Source of the DNA: Candidatus Fervidifonticultor quartus
Lineage (GTDB): Bacteria > Sysuimicrobiota > Sysuimicrobiia > Sysuimicrobiales > Humicultoraceae
Assembly (NCBI GenBank): GCA_031458775.1
Contig: JAVKJV010000002.1
Span: 42,233-106,232, forward strand
Length of the DNA stretch: 64,000 nucleotides
Direction of reading: 5' to 3'
The position numbers and the translations under genes were made by a program. The notes beneath the pieces were generated by a model, which worked only from the letters and a program-made list of their open reading frames with translations, made no database searches and was not told the origin of the DNA. Shown one piece after another: positions 24,495 to 34,400 of the stretch (the first letter of the stretch is position 1; each line of letters begins with the position of its first letter).

Positions 24495-25382
24495 GTGAGC
24501 GATGTGCTGATACGCGCCATCGCCGCGGACGGCGCGGTGCTGGGCTGCGCGGCGATCACGACCACGGTGACCGAAGAGGCGCGGGTGCGCCACGGCACGT
24601 TGCCGACCGCGACCGCGGCACTCGGCCGCACCCTTGCGGCGGCCGCGATGCTGGGCTCCGGGTTGAAGGACCAGCAGACCGTTATGGTCCGCGTGCTCGG
24701 CGACGGGCCGATCGGACCGCTCGTGGCGGAGAGCACGGCCGACGGCGCCTTGAGGGGCTACGCGACCAACCCGCAGACCGATCTCCCGCCCACGCCGTCC
24801 CGGAAGCTCGACGTCGGTGGTGCGGTCGGGCAGCGCGGGACGTTTCACGTGACCCGCGATGTCGGGCTCCGCGATCCCTACCAGGGCAGCGTGCCGCTCG
24901 TCTCGGGTGAGATCGGCGAGGACCTGGCGGCGTATCTGGCCGGGAGCGAGCAGGTGCCGTCAGTGGTCGGTGTTGGCGTCCTGGTCGGGTCCGGCGGTGT
25001 GGTGCAGGCGGCCGGCGGGTTCATGCTGCAGATGATGCCGGGCGCGCCGCGGGAGGTGCCGGAGTACCTCGAGCAACGGGCGCGCGTGCTGCCCACCGTC
25101 ACGCAGATGGTGTCAGGCGGCGCATCGGCCGAGGACATGCTGACGACCGTGCTGGGTAACCTGCGCATATCGGTGCTGGAGAACCGTCAGGTCCGGTTCG
25201 CATGCCGGTGTAACGTCGAGAAGGTGACGCGGGTACTCGTGGCTCTTGGGCGTGCCGAGATGGAGCGGTTGCTCCGTCAGGAGGGCCGCGTCGAGGTGCA
25301 GTGCCGTTTCTGCGGAGCGAAATACCTCTTTGGGGGTGGTGACGTCGACGCGCTGTTCGCCGATGCGCTGGAGACGCCTTAG
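24495..25382 (+). CDS. hslO: Redox-regulated chaperone Hsp33
   Basis: Strong similarity to Bacillus Hsp33 across the length (HGTLPTATAALGRTLAAAAMLG, SEQVPSVVGVGVLV, AAGGFMLQMMPG). C-terminal zinc centre CRCN...CRFCGAKYLF. Start at GTG 24495. Confidence 0.92.
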   Translation: MSDVLIRAIAADGAVLGCAAITTTVTEEARVRHGTLPTATAALGRTLAAAAMLGSGLKDQQTVMVRVLGDGPIGPLVAESTADGALRGYATNPQTDLPPTPSRKLDVGGAVGQRGTFHVTRDVGLRDPYQGSVPLVSGEIGEDLAAYLAGSEQVPSVVGVGVLVGSGGVVQAAGGFMLQMMPGAPREVPEYLEQRARVLPTVTQMVSGGASAEDMLTTVLGNLRISVLENRQVRFACRCNVEKVTRVLVALGRAEMERLLRQEGRVEVQCRFCGAKYLFGGGDVDALFADALETP

Positions 25383-25570
25383 GCCGCGCGCTCGACCTTG
25401 CGCGACTTCAGGCAGGTCGTGCAGACGTTGATGCGCCGCGCGACGCCGTCCAGCCTCACCCGTACCCGCTGCAGATTCGGAAGGAAGCGGCGCCTCGACC
25501 GGATGTGCGAATGCGAGAGACTGCGACCCGCAGCCGGGCTCCTACCGCAGATGGCGCAACGCCGGGCCAT
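25379..25570 (-). CDS. rpmB: 50S ribosomal protein L28
   Basis: MARRCAICGRSPAAGRSLSHSHIRSRRRFLPNLQRVRV. GAGGTGG RBS just upstream of ATG 25570 on the minus strand. Confidence 0.92.
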   Translation of the reverse strand: MARRCAICGRSPAAGRSLSHSHIRSRRRFLPNLQRVRVRLDGVARRINVCTTCLKSRKVERAA

Positions 25571-25651
25571 GACCCACCTCGAATACATGCGGGGCCTTTC
25601 GGTCCCTCGAGTACAACACACGCACTATACCACGGAGGCGCAGAGGACGCA

Positions 25652-27853
25652 ATGCAGGGGAGGCCACGGTCACTCGACGAACTGGAGGGCTGGCGCAGGT
25701 CCCTGCTGCCGCGAGCCATGACCGCGCATCCTCCCGCCTCTTCGAACTCGCCCGCCGGCGCCTCCGAGGGTCCCCGGACGTCTGGTTCAGGTCCTGATGC
25801 GCCGGTCCAATATCTGCGCGGCGTCGGCCCGTCCCGCGCCGCGATGCTGGCCCGCCTGGGCATCGAGACCGTGCGCGATCTCCTGCTGCACCTGCCGCGC
25901 CGTCACGAAGATCGCCGGAACCCGACGCCCCTTGCGCGTCTGATACCGGGGCTGGAGCAGGCCGCGGTTGTGCGCGTGGAGCACGCGCGTGTCCTCCGGG
26001 CGCGCCGCGGGTTGGTGATGGTGCGCGCCGTCGTGGCCGACGGGACCGGCGTCGCGCAGGCGGTCTGGTTCAATCAGCCGTACCTGGCGCAGCGGCTTAC
26101 GCGCGGGCAGCAGATCAGCCTGTATGGCCGCGTCGAGCGGGCTGGCCGCGGTGTGCAGTTTGTCCAGCCCGAGGTTGAAGTGATCGACCCGGACGCAGAG
26201 CCGTGGAACATCGGCCGGCTCGTGCCGGTCTATCCCTCGACTGACGGCCTGCCGCAACGCACGATCCGCGCGGTCATGCGTGACGCCCTTGCCGCCTACG
26301 CCGACGCGATGGAGGAGGTGTTGCCCGCCAACCTGCGGGACGCACACGGCCTGCTGCCACTGCGCGAGGCGCTGTGGGCTGCGCACTTCCCCGAGGACAC
26401 GACCCACCAGGCCGCCGCCCGCCGGCGGCTCGCGTTTGAGGAGCTATTCATCTTGCAGGTCGGTGTCTTGCAGCAGCGGGCCCGGCTCCAGGCCGTCGCG
26501 CGCGGCGCGCGGTACGCGGCCGCGCGCGACGTGGTGCCCCGGTTTGCGGCGTCGTTGCCGTTCGCGCTCACCCGTGCGCAGCAGCGCGCGATCGCCGACG
26601 TGCTGACCGACATGACCCGCCCCGCACCGATGAACCGGCTGCTGCAGGGCGACGTTGGTTCGGGCAAGACAGCCGTCGCCGCGGCCGCGCTATTCCGCTG
26701 CGTTGAAGGCGGCTACCAGGCCGCGCTCATGGCGCCCACCGAGATCCTCGCGGTGCAGCATTTCCTGACGCTGCAACGCCTGCTTCCGCCGCTCAACGTG
26801 CCGGTGCACCTACTCGTGGGCGGGATGGACGCGGCCGCCCGCGCGCCCGCCCTCGGCGCGCTGCAACGTGGCACGTCTGCGGTCGTGGTGGGCACCCATG
26901 CGCTGCTGGAAGAGGACGTGGTCTTTGACCGCCTGGGTCTCGTCGTCGTGGACGAGCAACACCGGTTCGGGGTGATGCAGCGGTCGACGTTGCGGGACAA
27001 GGGCCGCGCCCCCGATGTGCTGGTCATGACCGCGACGCCGATCCCCAGGACGCTCGTGCTCACCGTGTACGGCGATCTGGACGTGTCGGTGCTCGACGAG
27101 ATGCCGCCCGGCCGCACACCGGTGGTCACGCATGTCCGGCCGAAGAGCGCCCGGCCCGCCATCTACCGGTACATACGCGAACACGTCGCCGAAGGCCGCC
27201 AGGCGTTCGTCGTGTGTCCGCTCGTCGAGGAGTCCGAGACACTGCAGGTGCAATCCGCCGTGGAACTGGCCCGGGAGCTCGCCGCGGGTCCGCTGGCCGG
27301 CCTGCGTGTTGAGGTCATGCACGGTCGGCTGCCGCCGGCGCAGAAGGCCGAGCGCATGGAGGCGTTTCGCGCGGGCCTGATCGACGTCCTGGTCGCGACC
27401 ACGGTCATCGAGGTGGGCGTCGACGTGCCCAATGCGTCGCTCATGATCATCGAGGATGCCGACCGCTACGGCCTGGCGCAGTTGCACCAACTGCGCGGGC
27501 GGGTCGGGCGCGGCGCGGCGAAGTCCCACTGTGTGCTGATCGCCGATCCGGCCACCGATGAGGCGCGACGCCGCCTGGAGATTCTGCAGCGCACCACGGA
27601 CGGGTTTGAGATCGCGCAGGCGGACCTGCGCCTGCGCGGCCCGGGTGAGGTCCTGGGCGTGCGCCAGCACGGCCTCGGCGGCCTGCGCATCGCCGATCCG
27701 GTGTCCGACCTGGCCCTCCTGGAGGAAGCCCGGCGCGCCGCGGAGGCGCTCCTGCGCCACGACCCCGCCCTCGCGGCCCGCGGCGTGGCGGCGCTGGCCG
27801 CGGCTGTCCGCCAGCGACTCGAGGGTCGGGCGCGCCTCGCGTCGGTCGGATGA
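25652..27853 (+). CDS. recG: ATP-dependent DNA helicase RecG
   Basis: VQYLRGVGPSRAAMLARLGIETVRDLL, wedge/OB region, helicase motifs LLQGDVGSGKT and LVVVDEQHRFG, QLRGRVGRG. Start uncertain (ATG 25652 or ATG 25718). Low-complexity N-terminal extension either way. Confidence 0.9.
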   Translation: MQGRPRSLDELEGWRRSLLPRAMTAHPPASSNSPAGASEGPRTSGSGPDAPVQYLRGVGPSRAAMLARLGIETVRDLLLHLPRRHEDRRNPTPLARLIPGLEQAAVVRVEHARVLRARRGLVMVRAVVADGTGVAQAVWFNQPYLAQRLTRGQQISLYGRVERAGRGVQFVQPEVEVIDPDAEPWNIGRLVPVYPSTDGLPQRTIRAVMRDALAAYADAMEEVLPANLRDAHGLLPLREALWAAHFPEDTTHQAAARRRLAFEELFILQVGVLQQRARLQAVARGARYAAARDVVPRFAASLPFALTRAQQRAIADVLTDMTRPAPMNRLLQGDVGSGKTAVAAAALFRCVEGGYQAALMAPTEILAVQHFLTLQRLLPPLNVPVHLLVGGMDAAARAPALGALQRGTSAVVVGTHALLEEDVVFDRLGLVVVDEQHRFGVMQRSTLRDKGRAPDVLVMTATPIPRTLVLTVYGDLDVSVLDEMPPGRTPVVTHVRPKSARPAIYRYIREHVAEGRQAFVVCPLVEESETLQVQSAVELARELAAGPLAGLRVEVMHGRLPPAQKAERMEAFRAGLIDVLVATTVIEVGVDVPNASLMIIEDADRYGLAQLHQLRGRVGRGAAKSHCVLIADPATDEARRRLEILQRTTDGFEIAQADLRLRGPGEVLGVRQHGLGGLRIADPVSDLALLEEARRAAEALLRHDPALAARGVAALAAAVRQRLEGRARLASVG

Positions 27854-28392
27854 CGGGGGCGAGAGGGCACCGGCCGTCTCGCCTCGCCGTGCGGCCGACC
27901 GCCGCCCGCGTGCGCGGCGCGCTCTACGATAGCCTTGGTCCATCCATCGAAGGCGCCGAGGTGCTCGATTTGTTCGCGGGGACCGGCGCCCTCGGCCTCG
28001 AAGCCTTGCGGCGCGGGGCCAGCCGCGCGGTATTCGTCGAGCGCGACCGCGAGCGTTGCCAGCAGATCAGGCAGTCGCTCGAGCGCGCGGGGCTGCTCGC
28101 GCGGGCTCAGGTGTATGCCGACGACGCGGTGGCGGCCGTGGCGCGCCTGGGGCGCGCAGGCGCGAGGTTCGACCTAGTGGTGCTCGACCCGCCGTACGGC
28201 GAAGCCTGGGTTGATCGGACGCTCGCGGTGCTCGTCGGCGCCGGAGTCGTGCGGCCCGGAGGTCTGATCGTCGCCGAAGGGCACTGGCGCGACCGTCCCG
28301 CGCTGCCCGCCGGTGTCGTGCTGGCCAAAGAGGCACGCTACGGCGAGACCGCGCTCTGGTACATTCGAGTGGAGTCGGAACAGCAGATCTGA
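27850..28392 (+). CDS. rsmD: 16S rRNA (guanine966-N2)-methyltransferase
   Basis: VLDLFAGTGALGLEAL SAM motif and LVVLDPPYG. Start overlaps the recG stop. Conserved rsmD-coaD pairing. Confidence 0.88.
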   Translation: MTGARGHRPSRLAVRPTAARVRGALYDSLGPSIEGAEVLDLFAGTGALGLEALRRGASRAVFVERDRERCQQIRQSLERAGLLARAQVYADDAVAAVARLGRAGARFDLVVLDPPYGEAWVDRTLAVLVGAGVVRPGGLIVAEGHWRDRPALPAGVVLAKEARYGETALWYIRVESEQQI

Positions 28393-28406
28393 GGGGAGGC
28401 CGTGGC

Positions 28407-28895
28407 GTGCGCATCGCCGTGTACCCGGGGAGCTTCGATCCGGTGCATTACGGGCACATCGAGGTGATCCGGCGGGCCGCGAAGATCTTCGACCGCGTCA
28501 TCGTCGCGGTCGCCGAGAACGTGGAGAAGGTACCCGGTGCGTTCCCTCTCGACGACCGCCTGGGGATGCTGAAAGAGGTCCTCGACGACATGCCTTCGGT
28601 CGAGGTCGCGGCCTACGGCGGGCTGACCGTGGAGTTCGCGCTCGCGCGCGGCGCCACGTGTCTGATCAAAGGCCTGCGTGCAGTCGGCGATTTCGACTAT
28701 GAGCTCAAGCAGTCCGCCATGAACCGCCGGTTGGCGCCGACGCTGGACACGCTGCTGTTCATCGCCGATCCCGAGTACGCGTTCGTCTCATCGTCGCTAA
28801 TCCGCGAGGTTGCGCGTCTGGGCGGGTCGGTGGAGAGCATCTGTCCGCCGCCCGTGGTGCGCCGCCTGCGCGCCCGATGGCCGCAGGACGCGTGA
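28407..28895 (+). CDS. coaD: Phosphopantetheine adenylyltransferase
   Basis: RIAVYPGSFDPVHYGHIEVI (HxGH). GGGGAGG RBS before GTG 28407. Confidence 0.93.
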   Translation: MRIAVYPGSFDPVHYGHIEVIRRAAKIFDRVIVAVAENVEKVPGAFPLDDRLGMLKEVLDDMPSVEVAAYGGLTVEFALARGATCLIKGLRAVGDFDYELKQSAMNRRLAPTLDTLLFIADPEYAFVSSSLIREVARLGGSVESICPPPVVRRLRARWPQDA

Positions 28896-29365
28896 CCGTG
28901 GAGACGGTCCTCGAGATCCTGGATCGGATAGACGGCGTGCTGCGCCGGCACCTCGGACGCCTCCCCGCGGCCGAGCGGCAGGCCATCGAGCGCGAGGTGG
29001 TCGGATTGTTGCAGATGGCGCGGGCCGCCCTGCCGCGCGAGCTGCATCAGGCGACGCGACTGCTGCACGACGCCGAGGCGACGCTGGCCAAGGCGCGCGA
29101 GGACGCCCGTCGCATCGTGATCGACGCGCAGGCGCACGCACGAAGCCTCGGCGAAAATCCCGCGTCGGCCCCCACGGCCGTGCGCGCGCAGGCGCTGTTG
29201 GACGATGCGCGACGCGAGGCCGAGCAGATTCGCCGCGGCGCGGATGAGTACGCGATGCAGGTGCTGCAACGACTCGAGGGCGAGGTCGACAAGATTCTCG
29301 GCGCGATCCGGCGTGGACGCGAGGTGCTGCGCGCCACCGGGGCGCCGGGCCGACGCGTCGAGTGA
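28892..29365 (+). CDS. Hypothetical coiled-coil protein (ATP-synthase-b/DivIVA-like heptad character)
   Basis: GTG 28892 overlaps the coaD stop (GTGA). The product is Ala/Arg/Glu-rich and helical (LAKAREDARRIVIDAQAHARS...DDARREAEQIRRGADEYAMQVLQRLEGEVDKIL). No catalytic motif recognised. Confidence 0.5.
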   Translation: MTVETVLEILDRIDGVLRRHLGRLPAAERQAIEREVVGLLQMARAALPRELHQATRLLHDAEATLAKAREDARRIVIDAQAHARSLGENPASAPTAVRAQALLDDARREAEQIRRGADEYAMQVLQRLEGEVDKILGAIRRGREVLRATGAPGRRVE

Positions 29366-29387
29366 GTGACGCACCCCGCGCAATTCA

Positions 29388-29417
29388 TTGACACCCGTTT
29401 TTCGCCGTTCCTATAAT
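29388..29417 (+). promoter_or_regulatory. Sigma-A-type promoter for the yceD-rpmF(-plsX-fab) operon
   Basis: Perfect TTGACA (29388-29393), 18-nt spacer, perfect TATAAT (29412-29417), 8 nt before the yceD ATG region. Stands out in a roughly 70% GC background. Confidence 0.7.
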
Positions 29418-29425
29418 GACACGGT

Positions 29426-29995
29426 ATGTCTCAATCAGGCGGGAGCGTCCTCAGGGTTGACGTGCGGTCGCTCCGCGCCGAGCGCGGCGCCGTGCTGGTG
29501 GTGGAGTGTCACGAGCCGGTCGCCAGTGGTCTCGTCGATCTTCCGTTCAGTGAGCCTGTCGCTGGTCGACTCACGCTGACGAACGTCGGGGCGGTACTCC
29601 AGGTGGAGGGTCGGGTTCGTACGGCGGTCGTGCTGACGTGTGATCGTTGCGCGGTCCCGTTCGTTCATCGGTTGAACGCCGTGGTCCACGAGGAACTGGC
29701 GTGGGCGTCGCTGGTAGGCATCGATGAGGCGCGCGAGGACGAGGACCGGTACCTGCTCCGCGCCGGCGACAACGTTTGGCTCGACGTCGAGGCACTCATC
29801 CGCGACGCGCTGGTGCTGGCCCTGCCCATGGTGGCACGGTGCGGCCCGGACTGCCGGGGTTTGTGCCCCGGGTGCGGCGCCGACCTGGGCCGCGAACCAT
29901 GCCGGTGCGCGCGCGAGGACGACACGGTCGACCCGCGCCTGGCACGACTGGCGGAGTGGCGTGGCCACCGGTCGGAATCTGGCCCGGCGTCGTAG
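29426..29995 (+). CDS. yceD: DUF177 / YceD-family protein (large-subunit rRNA accumulation protein)
   Basis: Characteristic CDRC...CRGLCPGCGADLGREPCRC cysteine pattern. Conserved position immediately upstream of rpmF. Confidence 0.85.
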   Translation: MSQSGGSVLRVDVRSLRAERGAVLVVECHEPVASGLVDLPFSEPVAGRLTLTNVGAVLQVEGRVRTAVVLTCDRCAVPFVHRLNAVVHEELAWASLVGIDEAREDEDRYLLRAGDNVWLDVEALIRDALVLALPMVARCGPDCRGLCPGCGADLGREPCRCAREDDTVDPRLARLAEWRGHRSESGPAS

Positions 29996-30028
29996 CGCCG
30001 GTGAACGTGTGCAGAGGGAGGATCACTT

Positions 30029-30232
30029 GTGGCGCAGAAACGGCGACATCCGAAATCACGGACAGGGAGCCGGCGGAGTACGTGGAAGGCGGGACTCGTG
30101 ACGCTGGTCACCTGCCCGCAGTGCAAGTCGAGAATCATCCCCCATCGCGTGTGCCCGTCGTGCGGGTACTACGGCGGACGAGAAGTCCTCGCGGTTGACA
30201 CCGCGCGCTCGAAGAAGAAGAAGGAATCGTAG
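30029..30232 (+). CDS. rpmF: 50S ribosomal protein L32
   Basis: VAQKRRHPKSRTGSRRSTWK...CPQCKSRIIPHRVCPSCGYY. GGGAGG RBS 30015-30020 before GTG 30029. Confidence 0.93.
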   Translation: MAQKRRHPKSRTGSRRSTWKAGLVTLVTCPQCKSRIIPHRVCPSCGYYGGREVLAVDTARSKKKKES

Positions 30233-30244
30233 GGACTGCCGGCT

Positions 30245-31294
30245 GTGCGGGTGGCCATTGACGCCATGGGCGGTGACTTTGCGCCCCGCGCGGTCGTTGA
30301 GGGCGCCGTGGCCGCGGCACGTGACCTCGGGATCGAGCCGATCCTGGTCGGCGCCCCCGGCGTGATCGAGGGTGAACTCCGGCGGTTGGGGGCGCCGACC
30401 ACCGAGATCGTCGAGGCGGCCGATGTCATCGAGATGCACGAGCATCCGGCGATGGCGCTGCGACGGAAACGCCGGTCGAGCATCGCGGTCGCGGTTGAAC
30501 AGGTGCGCGACGGCCGGGCGCACGCCGTGGTGAGCGCCGGGCACACGGGCGCGGCCATGGGCGCGGCGCAACTCGTGCTCGGCCGGCTGCCCGGGATCGA
30601 CCGGCCGGCGATCGCGGCGGTGCTGCCGACGGTCGGGGCCTCGCCGGTCGTGGTGCTCGACGTCGGCGCGAACGTCGACTGCAAGCCGGCCCAACTGGCG
30701 CAGTTCGCGTTGATGGGCAGCCTGTACGCCCAGGAGGTGCTGGCGATCGCCTCCCCCAGGATCGGGCTGCTCAGCAACGGCGAAGAGGAGACCAAGGGCA
30801 ACGCTTTGACGATCCGCGCGGCGGAGATCCTCAGGTCGATGCCGATTCGTTTTGTGGGGAACGTCGAAGGACGCGACGTGCTGTTTGGCGCCGCCGACGT
30901 CGTCGTCTGCGACGGGTTTGTGGGTAACGTCATGCTCAAGCTCGGCGAAGGGCTGGTCCGGGCGATTCGGGAGATCGTGCGTGCGGAGCTTGCCGGCTGG
31001 CGAGGCCGGCTGTGGCAGGCCTACCTGACGCCGCTGGTGGGTCGCGCGCGGCGGATGTGGCGGCGTCTGGACTACCGGGAGTACGGGGGGGCGCCACTGC
31101 TCGGCATCAACGGCGTCTGCGTGATTGCACATGGCCGCAGCAACGCCCACGCGATCCGCAACGCGGTGCGCGTGGCCGCGGAGTCGGCTCGACACGACCT
31201 CCCCGCACGGATCAGGGCGGCGATGCGCGAGATGCGGGTCGCGGGCGGCGGGCCGGGTGTCGCGGCGGCCGTCGCAGGCGGCAGTCGGCTGTAG
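30245..31294 (+). CDS. plsX: Phosphate acyltransferase PlsX
   Basis: VAIDAMGGDFAP N-terminus, GNVEGRD, VCDGFVGNVMLK blocks. Confidence 0.93.
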   Translation: MRVAIDAMGGDFAPRAVVEGAVAAARDLGIEPILVGAPGVIEGELRRLGAPTTEIVEAADVIEMHEHPAMALRRKRRSSIAVAVEQVRDGRAHAVVSAGHTGAAMGAAQLVLGRLPGIDRPAIAAVLPTVGASPVVVLDVGANVDCKPAQLAQFALMGSLYAQEVLAIASPRIGLLSNGEEETKGNALTIRAAEILRSMPIRFVGNVEGRDVLFGAADVVVCDGFVGNVMLKLGEGLVRAIREIVRAELAGWRGRLWQAYLTPLVGRARRMWRRLDYREYGGAPLLGINGVCVIAHGRSNAHAIRNAVRVAAESARHDLPARIRAAMREMRVAGGGPGVAAAVAGGSRL

Positions 31295-31308
31295 GCGGAG
31301 GATTCGAG

Positions 31309-32388
31309 ATGGCACACGTGCAGCAGGCGGAGCGAGCACCCTCGGGGGCCGGACCCGGTACCCGGCGAGGGTCCACGATTTCGGGTATCGGCCGCGCGAT
31401 TCCGCCGCGCGTGGTGACCAATCGCGACCTCGAGCAGTACGTTGATACCAGCGACGAGTGGATCCAGGCGCGCACGGGCATTCGCGAACGGCGCGTCGCG
31501 GACCCAGACGTGGCAGCGTCGGATCTCGCGGTCGAGGCCGCGCAGGCCGCGCTGGCTGATGCGGGGGTGGAGGCCGAAGACCTCGACTTGGTCATCGTCG
31601 GGACCGCGTCGCCGGACATGCTCTTCCCGGCCACGGCCTGTCTGGTGCAAGATCGGATCGGCGCACGGCGCGCAGGCGCATTCGACCTATCGGCTGCGTG
31701 CAGCAGTTGGGCGTACGGCGTGGCTATGGGGCATGCGGCGATTGCATCGGGGACCGCGGAGAACGTGCTCGTGATCGGTTCGGAAGTGTTGTCCCGAATT
31801 ACCGATTGGACCGATCGCGCGACGTGCGTGCTCTTCGGCGATGCAGCGGCGGCCGTGGTGTTACGGCCGTGTCCACCTGGTCAGGGGTTCCTGGCGTTCC
31901 ATCTCGGCGCCGACGGGTCGGGCGGACCGTGGATCAGCCTGCCAGCGGGCGGCTCGCGGCATCCGGCCAGCCCCGAGACCGTGGCGGCGCGAGACCACTT
32001 CATCAAAATGAACGGCCGCGAGGTGTACAAGTTCGCGGTCCGCGCGATCCCGCGGGCGATCGCGCAGGTCGTCGCCGCGGCCGGGTTGGCGATCGACGAT
32101 ATCGAGTGCTTCATTCCGCATCAAGCGAACATTCGCATCATCGAGGCCGCGGCCGAGCGCCTGGGCCAGCCGATGGATCGGTTCTTCGTGAACGTGGAGC
32201 GCTACGGCAACACGTCGTCCGCGTCGGTGCCGGTCGCGCTCTACGAGGCGCTGGAGCAGGGTCGGATCAGACCCGGCGATCACGTGGTGTTCGTCGCGTT
32301 CGGCGGCGGCCTCACCTGGGGCGCCGCCGCCATGCAATGGACCGAAGGCTCGGCGATGGCCAGCCGCCAGGGATACGGGCCGCGGTGA
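31309..32388 (+). CDS. fabH: 3-oxoacyl-ACP synthase III
   Basis: VTNRDLEQYVDTSDEWIQARTGIRERR, active-site AACSSW, HQANIRII, GNTSSASVP. About 24-aa N-terminal extension. Confidence 0.93.
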   Translation: MAHVQQAERAPSGAGPGTRRGSTISGIGRAIPPRVVTNRDLEQYVDTSDEWIQARTGIRERRVADPDVAASDLAVEAAQAALADAGVEAEDLDLVIVGTASPDMLFPATACLVQDRIGARRAGAFDLSAACSSWAYGVAMGHAAIASGTAENVLVIGSEVLSRITDWTDRATCVLFGDAAAAVVLRPCPPGQGFLAFHLGADGSGGPWISLPAGGSRHPASPETVAARDHFIKMNGREVYKFAVRAIPRAIAQVVAAAGLAIDDIECFIPHQANIRIIEAAAERLGQPMDRFFVNVERYGNTSSASVPVALYEALEQGRIRPGDHVVFVAFGGGLTWGAAAMQWTEGSAMASRQGYGPR

Positions 32389-33344
32389 TCGCGTGTGTCT
32401 TCCCCGGCCAGGGGGCCCAGTACGTGGGCATGGGTGTCGACCTGGCCAGCCGGCACGCTGTCGCGCGCCGCGTGTTCGACGACGCCAGCGCGGCAATCGG
32501 ACTCGACATGCTGACGCTCTGTCGCGAGGGACCTGAGGAGCGGCTGCGTGACACCGCTTATACGCAGCCCGCAATCCTGACCTGCAGTTGGGCGGCCGCC
32601 GCGGTGCTGGCCGAGGCGGGCGTGGTCGTCGGATGCACGGCGGGCTTGAGCCTCGGCGAGTATACGGCGCTCGTCCTGTCCGGCGCGCTGGCGTTTCCCG
32701 ACGCCGTGGCGGTGGTGCGGCAGCGCGGGCAGTTCATGCACGAGGCCGCCCGAGGCCGTGACACCGCGATGGCCGCAGTGGTCGGGTTGCCCGCGGCCCG
32801 GGTCGTCGAGATCTGTGCGGCCGTGCCCGGGTTCGTGGAGGCGGCCAACTTCAACGCGCCGGGTCAGGTTGTCATCGCGGGCGACGTCGAGCCGGTGCGA
32901 GAAGCCTCAACGCGTCTGCGGACGGCCGGGGCGCGGCGCGTCATCCCCCTGGCCGTCAGCGCGCCGTTCCACACGTCGCTCATGCGTCCGGCGGCCGACC
33001 GCCTGGCGGCCGTCCTGGCCGCCGTCGAGGTGCGCGAGGCCCGTCTGCCGGTCGTGGCCAATGTGAGCGCCGCCGTCGTGCGGACGCCCGAAGAGATCCG
33101 GCGCGCCTTGGTCGAGCAGGTGGCGTCGCCGGTCCGGTGGGAGGAATCGGTCCGCACGCTGTGGGACCTGGGTGCCGACGTTTTCATCGAAGTTGGCCCC
33201 GGCACGACCCTGGCTGGACTGATCAAGAAGACCGTCCCGGAGGCACGCGTGGTATCGGCCGAGAACCAGGCGACGCTCGAGCAGGCGCTGTCGATAGCCC
33301 GCGTGCAGGGTCCGTCGAGTCGCCGAGACACCCTGGTGCCCTGA
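32385..33344 (+). CDS. fabD: Malonyl-CoA:ACP transacylase
   Basis: FPGQGAQYVGMG and active-site GLSLGEYTAL. GTG 32385 overlaps the fabH stop (GTGA). Confidence 0.93.
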   Translation: MIACVFPGQGAQYVGMGVDLASRHAVARRVFDDASAAIGLDMLTLCREGPEERLRDTAYTQPAILTCSWAAAAVLAEAGVVVGCTAGLSLGEYTALVLSGALAFPDAVAVVRQRGQFMHEAARGRDTAMAAVVGLPAARVVEICAAVPGFVEAANFNAPGQVVIAGDVEPVREASTRLRTAGARRVIPLAVSAPFHTSLMRPAADRLAAVLAAVEVREARLPVVANVSAAVVRTPEEIRRALVEQVASPVRWEESVRTLWDLGADVFIEVGPGTTLAGLIKKTVPEARVVSAENQATLEQALSIARVQGPSSRRDTLVP

Positions 33345-33346
33345 GG

Positions 33347-34096
33347 ATGGGTCGGCTGCGTGACCAGGTCGCGGTGGTGACCGGTGCCTCCGGCGGGATC
33401 GGGAGCCGGATCGCGCTGGCGCTGGCCCGTGAGGGTGCGGCGCTGGTCGTGCACTACCGGCGCAACGCCGAGGCGGCCGCGCGCGTGGTCGCCGAGATCG
33501 AGGCCGCGGGCGGCCGCGCGATCGCGCGCCCGGGCGACCTGGCCGATCCCGAACAGGCCGCTACCGTGGTCGCCGCCGCAACCGAGGCGTACGGACGTCT
33601 CGATGTGCTGGTGAACAACGCGGGCGTCACGCGCGACGGTCTGGTGCTCCGGATGAAGGACGAGGACTGGCAGACGGTCGTCCAGACGAACCTCACCGCG
33701 ACGTTCTACTGTATCCGCGCGGCGTTGCGCGAGTTCGTCCGGCAGCGGCGCGGGCGGATCATCAACATCGTGTCCACGGCGGGACAGGGAGGGAACGCCG
33801 GGCAGGCGAACTACGTCGCCGCGAAGGCCGGCGTCATCGGGCTCACGCGTGCCGTGGCTCGCGAGGTCGGCTCGCGTGGCATCACGGTCAACGCCGTCGC
33901 GCCGGGCTATATCGAGGCGGGCATGACCGAGCGGCTCGCGCCCGAGGTGACCGCACGATACATGGCGCAGATCCCGCTCGGGCGCGCGGGTTCTCCAGAC
34001 GATGTTGCGGCGGCCGTCGTGTTTCTGGCGTCAGCCGACGCCGGCTACATCACCGGGCAGGTATTGAACGTCGATGGCGGTATGGTAATGCACTAG
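33347..34096 (+). CDS. fabG: 3-oxoacyl-ACP reductase
   Basis: VVTGASGGIGSRIA, NNAGV, S...YVAAKAG (YxxxK). Confidence 0.93.
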   Translation: MGRLRDQVAVVTGASGGIGSRIALALAREGAALVVHYRRNAEAAARVVAEIEAAGGRAIARPGDLADPEQAATVVAAATEAYGRLDVLVNNAGVTRDGLVLRMKDEDWQTVVQTNLTATFYCIRAALREFVRQRRGRIINIVSTAGQGGNAGQANYVAAKAGVIGLTRAVAREVGSRGITVNAVAPGYIEAGMTERLAPEVTARYMAQIPLGRAGSPDDVAAAVVFLASADAGYITGQVLNVDGGMVMH

Positions 34097-34120
34097 GGCA
34101 TGGCCGGAGGAGGAGAACGC

Positions 34121-34369
34121 ATGGCGTCGGTATTCGATCGGGTCAGGGCGCGAGTCGCCCATCAGCTTGGGGTGGAAGAGGAGACGGTCACCCCGTCGTC
34201 GTCGTTCGTCGAGGATCTCGGCGCGGACTCGCTCGACGTGGTCGAACTGGTGATGGCGCTCGAGGACGAGTTCAAGATCGAGATTCCCGACGAGCAGGCC
34301 GAGAAGATCGTGACCGTCGGCGACGCGGTCGCGTTCATCGAGAGCCACGCGAAAGAGACATCGCAGTAG
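34121..34369 (+). CDS. acpP: Acyl carrier protein
   Basis: Phosphopantetheine site [29 protein letters not shown] before ATG 34121. Confidence 0.93.
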   Translation: MASVFDRVRARVAHQLGVEEETVTPSSSFVEDLGADSLDVVELVMALEDEFKIEIPDEQAEKIVTVGDAVAFIESHAKETSQ

Positions 34370-34400
34370 GCGCCACGCACCGCGACATCAAGAGCCGAGC

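Noticed and set aside
28892-29365. Coiled-coil ORF after coaD as a toxin/antitoxin or phage-derived gene
   Set aside because: It sits within the conserved rsmD-coaD ... yceD-rpmF housekeeping stretch, is translationally coupled to coaD, and has generic helical, Ala/Arg/Glu-rich composition with no toxin motifs.
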